From Eledone cirrhosa (Eukaryota): a stretch of 64,000 bases of DNA. A model generated the notes under the pieces. It ran no database searches and was not told the origin of the DNA. It saw only the letters and a list, made by a program, of their open reading frames with translations. Below are positions 56,947-64,000 of the stretch, piece by piece. The position numbers and the translations under genes were made by a program. The stretch's first letter is position 1, and each line of letters starts with the position of its first letter. The DNA is taken from positions 329,282,001 through 329,346,000 of the forward strand of contig OZ024743.1 of NCBI GenBank assembly GCA_964016885.1. Direction: 5' to 3'.

Positions 56947-57229
56947 TTTCTGAATTTGTTTAGCAAGATTCTTTATCTGAAATCGTGTGTTGAAACCGAT
57001 AAGACAAAATGAAAAAATGAAAACACACACACACATAGAACAAACAACCAACCAACAATAAATAAATAAATAAACAAACAAATATAAATAGAAAAATAGA
57101 AAAATGAACACAAACACACACAGACACCCGGATGTGGCGCATGCGCAAACTGAGCACGCAACCCACACACAAACAAAATGGCGTAGGATAGAAGAAAGGA
57201 AAGGCACAGAAACGAAGAAAGAAATCCCC

Positions 57230-57274
57230 AGTCACTGAAGAGGTCACAGAGTGTGTGACGAAAGAACTATGACT
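57230..57274 (+). ncRNA. Minimal hammerhead
   Basis: AGTCA-CTGAAGA-G GTCACA GAGTG TGTGAC-GAAAG-AA-CTA|TGACT. Confidence 0.65.
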
Positions 57275-57838
57275 ATATATATATAAACAACTATCTGGTT
57301 GTGGAACCAACCAACCAACCAGAAATTTATAAATTTATAAATTTGTAAATTTATAAATATATAATAAATTAAATTGAAGTGAAAGCAACTGGTGCGTGTG
57401 TTTCTTATTGGCAACATGACCCTCCCAAAGTATAACAATATATATATATATATATATATATAACTTATGTTTACCGAATTCGCAGACCAGACCCCTTCTT
57501 CCTCCCGTTAGACCTGTGCGAAATTCCTTCCTTGCTCACATTTCAACCAGGTTTGATGGTCTTTATTCTCTCGTTCACGATTCCACCGAATTTATATTCA
57601 TAGAAATCTGGGACTTGTTACCTTCTTCATCACTTTCTGCTGCTTAAACCATTTTGTTTGTTTACCCTAGCGTCCCCTTTATTTACGTGTCCCAACGACT
57701 TTTTTTTTAGCCGTTGCTCGCACCAACCTGAGGTATATGGCCTTTAATGCGACGAAATGCCTACGACGTTTGGATGGCCACTGATGAGGACAAACGTTTT
57801 CATATGTAACCCATTTGCAGCGCCGCAGCTCCATTATT

Positions 57839-57901
<63 letters not shown>

Positions 57902-58427
57902 AAGATATATGAATACATAAATACATGTGTGTGTGATGAATCAATTAGGCGGGTACTGGCTGCTTTTTGATCAGTAGCGAAACGCGCGTCACCAACCAAT
58001 AAACGTAATGAAGGAGTAACCACTCGTCCTTGTTTAATTATAGCTCTACACCTCGACACAGAAGTGAACCTAAACATTGAGTGCTAACCTGGGTGAACCT
58101 ACAGTAACTCTACCTTACACTCCCTGGATATATATATTTTTATATATATTCAATTCACAGAGAAATACGTATACTTGGTATGTTTACTCATCTATATACT
58201 AAATACTGTAAATTTATATACACATTTACTTAGTCTCGGTTACATCTTCCGTGTGTATACTGATATCGTCTACTTGTGCTGCTTAGCGCACAACTTATAT
58301 ACATAGCGGTCCGACAAAATGAGGGCGTTAAAATATGTACGAAACTCGAAAAAAAAAAAAAAAAAAATGGATATGACAAGGACGTTGTTTAATGATTGAA
58401 ACCAGTAAAAAAATAAAAAAGATACAC

Positions 58428-58501
<74 letters not shown>

Positions 58502-58699
58502 TTGTTTATTTATTTATATGTATGTGTGTGTGTGTATATATATGTATGCTTGTGTACGTGTGTGTGTGTGTGTATGTGTATCTATGTGTGTACGTGTCGT
58601 GTGAATGTGTACGTGTGTGTGTATTTGAATAGTTTTAACCTACAGACCTATAAATGAAAATAGGTCGGTTGTGTTATTGGTGTGTGCTGTAAAGTACTG

Positions 58700-59930
58700 G
58701 TTGTTGTTGTTGGTGATAGCGGTGGTGGGGGCGTAGATGGTGGTGGTGGTGGTGGTACTGGTGGTGGTGGTGGTGTAGATGGTGGTGGTCATGGTGGTGT
58801 TGATGGTGGTGTTGTTGTGGGTGGTGGTGATGGTGGGGAGAGAGAATGGTTGGGGTGGTGATGGTGGGGGGGAGAGAATGGTTGGAGTGTTGATGGTGGT
58901 GGTGACGGTGGTGTTGGTGGTGGTGGTGGTAGTGATGATGGTGGTGGTGGTGATGGTGGTGGTGGTAGCGGCGTAGATGGTGGTGGTGATAGTGATGTTG
59001 GTGGTGTTGGTGATGGTGGTGTTGGTGGTGTTGGTGGTGGTGGTGGTGGTGATGGTGATGGTGGTGGTGATCGTGGTGTTGATGGTAGTGGTGATGGTGG
59101 TGTGATGGTGGGGGTGGTGGGGGCGTAGATGGTGGTGGCGGGGCGTGTAGATGGTGGCGGTGATGGTGGTATTGGTGGTATTGATGGTGGTGGTGGTGGT
59201 GCAGATGGTGGCGGTGGTTGTGTTGATGGCGGTGGTGGTGGTGTTGATGGTGGTGGGGGTGGGGGGTGTTGGTGGTGGCGGTTGTGTTGGTGTTGTTGTG
59301 TTATTGGTGTGTACCATAAATTACTGGTAGTTGTTGATGATGGTAGTGGTGGTTGTGGTGGCGTTGGTGATGGTGGTGGTGGTGGTGGTGGTGGTGTTGG
59401 CGTTGTTGTGTTGTTATTGTTATTGTTGGTGGTTGTAATGGTGGGAGTGATGGTGGTTGCGGTAATGTTGTTGTTGTGGTGATGGCGGGAGTGATAGCGT
59501 TGATGGTGATGGTGCTGTTGTTGTTGATGATGGTGGTAATGTTCGTGTTGTTATTGTTGGTCGTGTTGGTGGGGTTACGGAGGAAGTGATGAGACTGATG
59601 GTGGTGGTGGTTGTGTTGTTGTTGTTGGTGGTGGTGGTTGTGGTGATGATAGTAATGGTAGTGGTGTTTGTGATAGTGGTGATGGCGTTAGCGATGGCTG
59701 TGTTGAATGTAGTGACGGTGGAGATATTTAATGATGGTGGCGATGATGACGATTCTGATGGCGTTGTGATGGTGGTTGTGGTGGTGGGCTGTTGTTGGCA
59801 GTAGTGGGGTGGTGGTGGTGGTGGTGGTGGTAAGTGTTGTTGATTGTGGGGTGGTGGTGGTGGTTGTGAGGTTATTTTATTGATGTTGGTGGTAGTGGAG
59901 TGCGGGTGGTGGTGGTGTCGTTGTTGTTGA
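58700..59930. repeat. (GGT/GTT/GAT)n degenerate trinucleotide field
   Basis: Direct reading. Confidence 0.9.
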
Positions 59931-59934
59931 CTGT

Positions 59935-62900
59935 GGGAGTGTGCTATGGTTGTGAGGTTGTTGTGTTGGCGGATGTTGTTGGTGGTGTGGTGGTCGTCGT
60001 TGTTAGTTGTGGTGGTGTGCTGGTAGTTGTGAGGTTGTTGTGTTGGCGGATGTTGTTGGTGGTGTGGTAGTTGTCGCTGTTAGTTGTGGTGGTGTGCTGA
60101 TAGTTGTGAGGTTGTTGTGTTGGTGTATGTTGTTGGTGGTGTGGTAGTTGTCGTTGTTAGTTGTGGTGGTGTGCTGGTAGTTGTGACGTTGTTGTGTTGG
60201 CGGATGTTGTTTGTGGTGTGGTAGTTGTTGTTAGTTGTGGTGGTGTGCTGGTAGTTGTGAGGTTGTTGTGTTGGCGGATGTTGTTTGTGGTGTGGTAGTT
60301 GTCGCTGTTAGTTGTGGTGGTGTGCTGGTAGTTGTGAGGTTGTTGTGGTGGTGGATGTTGTTGGTGGTGTGGTAGTTGTCGCTGTTAGTTGTGGTGGTGT
60401 GCTGGTAGTTGTGAGGTTGTTGTGGTGGTGGATGTTGTTGGTGGTGTGGTAGTTGTCGTTGTTAGTCGTGGTGGTGTGCTGGTAGTTGTGAGGTTGTTGT
60501 GGTGGTGGATGTTGTTGGTGGTGTGGTGGTCGTCGTTGTTAGTTGTGGCGGTGTGCTGGTAGTTGTGAGGTTGTTGTATTGGTGGATGTTGTTGGTGGTG
60601 TGGTGGTTGTCGTTGTTAGTTGTGGTGGTGTGCCGGTTAGTTGTGAGGTTGTTGTGTTGGCGGATGTTGTTGGTGGTGTGGTGGTCGTCGTTGTTAGTTG
60701 CGGTGGTGTGCTGGTAGTTGTGAGGTTGTTGTGTTGGCGGATGTTGTTTGTGGTGTGGTAGTTGTCGCTGTTAGTTGTGGTGGTGTGCTGGTAGTTGTGA
60801 GGTTGTTGTGGTGGTGGATGTTGTTGGTGGTGTGGTAGTTGTGAGGTTGTTGTGTTGGTGGATGTTGTTGGTGGTGTGGTAGTTGTCGTTGTTAGTTGTG
60901 GTGGTGTGCTGGTAGTTGTGAGGTTGTTGTGTTGGTGGATGTTGTTGGTGGTGTGGTAGTTGTCGTTGTTAGTTGTGGTGGTGTGGTGGTTGTCGTTGTT
61001 AGTTGTGGTGGTGTGCCGGTTAGTTGTGAGGTTGTTGTGTTGGCGGATGTTGTTGGTGGTGTGGTGGTCGTCGTTGTTAGTTGCGGTGGTGTGCTGGTAG
61101 TTGTGAGGTTGTTGTGTTGGCGGATGTTGTTTGTGGTGTGGTAGTTGTCGCTGTTAGTTGTGGTGGTGTGCTGGTAGTTGTGAGGTTGTTGTGGTGGTGG
61201 ATGTTGTTGGTGGTGTGGTAGTTGTCGCTGTTAGTTGTGGTGGTGTGCTGGTAGTTGTGAGGTTGTTGTGGTGGTGGATGTTGTTGGTGGTGTGGTAGTT
61301 GTCGTTGTTAGTCGTGGTGGTGTGCTGGTAGTTGTGAGGTTGTTGTGGTGGTGGATGTTGTTGGTGGTGTGGTGGTCGTCGTTGTTAGTTGTGGCGGTGT
61401 GCTGGTAGTTGTGAGGTTGTTGTATTGGTGGATGTTGTTGGTGGTGTGGTGGTTGTCGTTGTTAGTTGTGGTGGTGTGCCGGTTAGTTGTGAGGTTGTTG
61501 TGTTGGCGGATGTTGTTGGTGGTGTGGTGGTCGTCGTTGTTAGTTGCGGTGGTGTGCTGGTAGTTGTGAGGTTGTTGTGTTGGCGGATGTTGTTTGTGGT
61601 GTGGTAGTTGTCGCTGTTAGTTGTGGTGGTGTGCTGGTAGTTGTGAGGTTGTTGTGGTGGTGGATGTTGTTGGTGGTGTGGTAGTTGTGAGGTTGTTGTG
61701 TTGGTGGATGTTGTTGGTGGTGTGGTAGTTGTCGCTGTTAGTTGTGGTGGTGTGCTGGTAGTTGTGAGGTTGTTGTGGTGGTGGATGTTGTTGGTGGTGT
61801 GGTAGTTATCGTTGTTAGTTGTGGTGGTGTGCTGGTAGTTGTGAGGTTGTTGTGGTGGTGGATGTTGTTGGTGGTGTGGTGGTCGTCGTTGTTAGTTGTG
61901 GCGGTGTGCTGGTAGTTGTGAGGTTGTTGTGGTGGTGGATGTTGTTGGTGGTGTGGTGGTCGTCGTTGTTAGTTGTGGTGCTGTGCTGGTAGTTGTGAGG
62001 TTGTTGTGGTGGTGGATGTTGTTGGTGGTGTGGTGGTCGTCGTTGTTAGTTGTGGTGCTGTGCTGGTAGTTGTGAGGTTGTTGTGGTGGTGGATGTTGTT
62101 GGTGGTGTGGTGGTCGTCGTTGTTAGTTGTGGCGGTGTGCTGGTAGTTGTGAGGTTGTTGTGGTGGTGGATGTTGTTGGTGGTGTGGTGGTCGTCGTTGT
62201 TAGTTGTGGTGGTGTGCTGGTAGTTGTGAGGTTGTTGTGGTGGTGGATGTTGTTGGTGGTGTGGTAGTTGTCGTTGTTAGTTGTGGTGGTGTGCTGGTAG
62301 TTGTGAGGTTGTTGTGGTGGTGGATGTTGTTGGTGGTGTGGTAGTTGTCGCTGTTAGTTGTGGTGGTGTGCTGGTAGTTCTGAGGTTGTTGTGGTGGTGG
62401 ATGTTGTTGGTGGTGTGGTAGTTGTCGTTGTTAGTTGTGGTGGTGTGCTGGTAGTTGTGAGGTTATTGTGGTGGTGGATGTTGTTGGTGGTGTGGTGGTC
62501 GTCGTTGTTAGTTGTGGTGGTGTGCTGGTAGTTGTGAGGTTGTTGTGGTGGTGGATGTTGTTGGTGGTGTGGTAGTTGTCGTTGTTAGTTGTGGTGGTGT
62601 GCTGGTAGTTGTGAGGTTGTTGTGGTGGTGGATGTTGTTGGTGGTGTGGTAGTTGTCGCTGTTAGTTGTGGTGGTGTGCTGGTAGTTCTGAGGTTGTTGT
62701 GGTGGTGGATGTTGTTGGTGGTGTGGTAGTTGTCGTTGTTAGTTGTGGTGGTGTGCTGGTAGTTGTGAGGTTGTTGTGTTGGCGGATGTTGTTTGTGGTG
62801 TGGTAGTTGTCGTTGTTAGTTGTGGTGGTGTGCTGGTAGTTGTGAGGTTGTTGTGGTGGTGGATGTTGTTGGTGGCGTGGTGGTTGTCGTTGTTAGTTGT

Positions 62901-64000
62901 AGTGGTGTGCCGGTTAGTTGTGAGGTTGTTGTGTTGGCGGATGTTGTTGGTGGTGTGGTAGTTGTCGTTGTTAGTTGTGGTGGTGTGCCGGTTAGTTGTG
63001 AGGTTGTTGTGTTGGCGGATGTTGTTGGTGGTGTGGTAGTTGTCGTTGTTAGTTGTGGCGGTGTGCTGGTAGTTGTGAGGTTGTTATGGTGGCGGATGTT
63101 GTTGGTGGTGTGGTAGTTGTCGTTGTTAGTTGTGGTGGTGTGCCGGTTAGTTGTGAGGTTGTTGTGTTGGCGGATGTTGTTGGTGGTGTGGTGGTTGTCG
63201 TTGTTAGTCGTGGTGGTGTGCCGGTTAGTTGTGAGGTTGTTGTGTTGGCGGATGTTGTTGGTGGTGTGGTGGTCGTCGTTTTTAGTTGTGGTGGTGTGCT
63301 GGTAGTTGTGAGGTTGTTGTGTTGGCGGATGTTGTTGGTGGTGTGGTGGTTGTCGTTGTTAGTTGTGGTGGTGTGTCGGTTAGTTGTGAGGTTGTTGTGG
63401 TGGTGGATGTTGTTTGTGGTGTGGTAGTTGTTGTTAGTTGTGGTGGTGTGCTGGTAGTTGTGAGGTTGTTGTGGTGGTGGATGTTGTTGGTGGTGTGGTA
63501 GTTGTTGTTAGTTGTGGTGGTGTGCTGGTAGTTGTGAGGTTGTTGTGTTGGCGGATGTTGTTGGTGGTGTGGTGGTTGTCGTTGTTAGTTGTGGTGGTGT
63601 GCTGGTAGTTGTGAGGTTGTTGTGTTGGCGGATGTTGTTGGTGGTGTGGTAGTTGTCGCTGTTAGTTGTGGTGGTGTGCTGGTAGTTGTGAGGTTGTTGT
63701 GGTGGTGGATGTTGTTGGTGGTGTGGTAGTTGTCGTTGTTAGTTGTGGTGGTGTGCTGGTAGTTGTGAGGTTGTTGTGGTGGTGGATGTTGTTGGTGGTG
63801 TGGTGGTCGTCGTTGTTAGTTGTGGCGGTGTGCTGGTAGTTGTGAGGTTGTTGTGGTGGTGGATGTTGTTGGTGGTGTGGTGGTTGTCGTTGTTAGTTGT
63901 GGTGGTGTGCTGGTAGTTGTGAGGTTGTTGTGGTGGTGGATGTTGTTGGTGGTGTGGTGGTCGTCGTTGTTAGTTGTGGTGGTGTGCTGGTAGTTGTGAG
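59935..64000. repeat. 77-bp GT-rich satellite with an 846-bp higher-order duplication, runs off the right edge
   Basis: Unit GTTGTGAGGTTGTTGTGGTGGTGGATGTTGTTGGTGGTGTGGTAGTTGTCGTTGTTAGTTGTGGTGGTGTGCTGGTA; identical ORFs at 60499 and 61345. Confidence 0.95.

Overview
AT-rich, microsatellite-saturated animal genomic DNA. The SINE and LINE types and the (TA)n/(CA)n load suggest an octopus or other cephalopod (inference). No host gene can be supported, and nearly all ORFs in the track are microsatellite artefacts. The one clear protein-coding feature is a 5'-truncated Penelope-like retroelement (PLE; reverse transcriptase plus C-terminal GIY-YIG endonuclease, 44091-46222). It sits in a ~11.4-kb fold-back (5.3-kb arms, 667-bp spacer) inserted in (TA)n. 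The main hidden signal is in the short unique islands between (TA)n tracts. About 15 carry intact or near-intact type I hammerhead ribozyme folds (CUGANGA...GAAA), and several more are degenerate or half copies. They belong to many different sequence families, often have unusually long stem II inserts (49-116 nt) and a palindromic minimal stem III, and are very often arranged as fold-back inverted duplications. Most share a terminal motif (ATYGAGTRCT) roughly 25-50 bp from the (TA)n junction. The rest of the window is tRNA-derived SINEs, RTE-like LINE fragments, a mariner-type MITE, and mini/microsatellites. All RNA folds were paired by eye, not computed.
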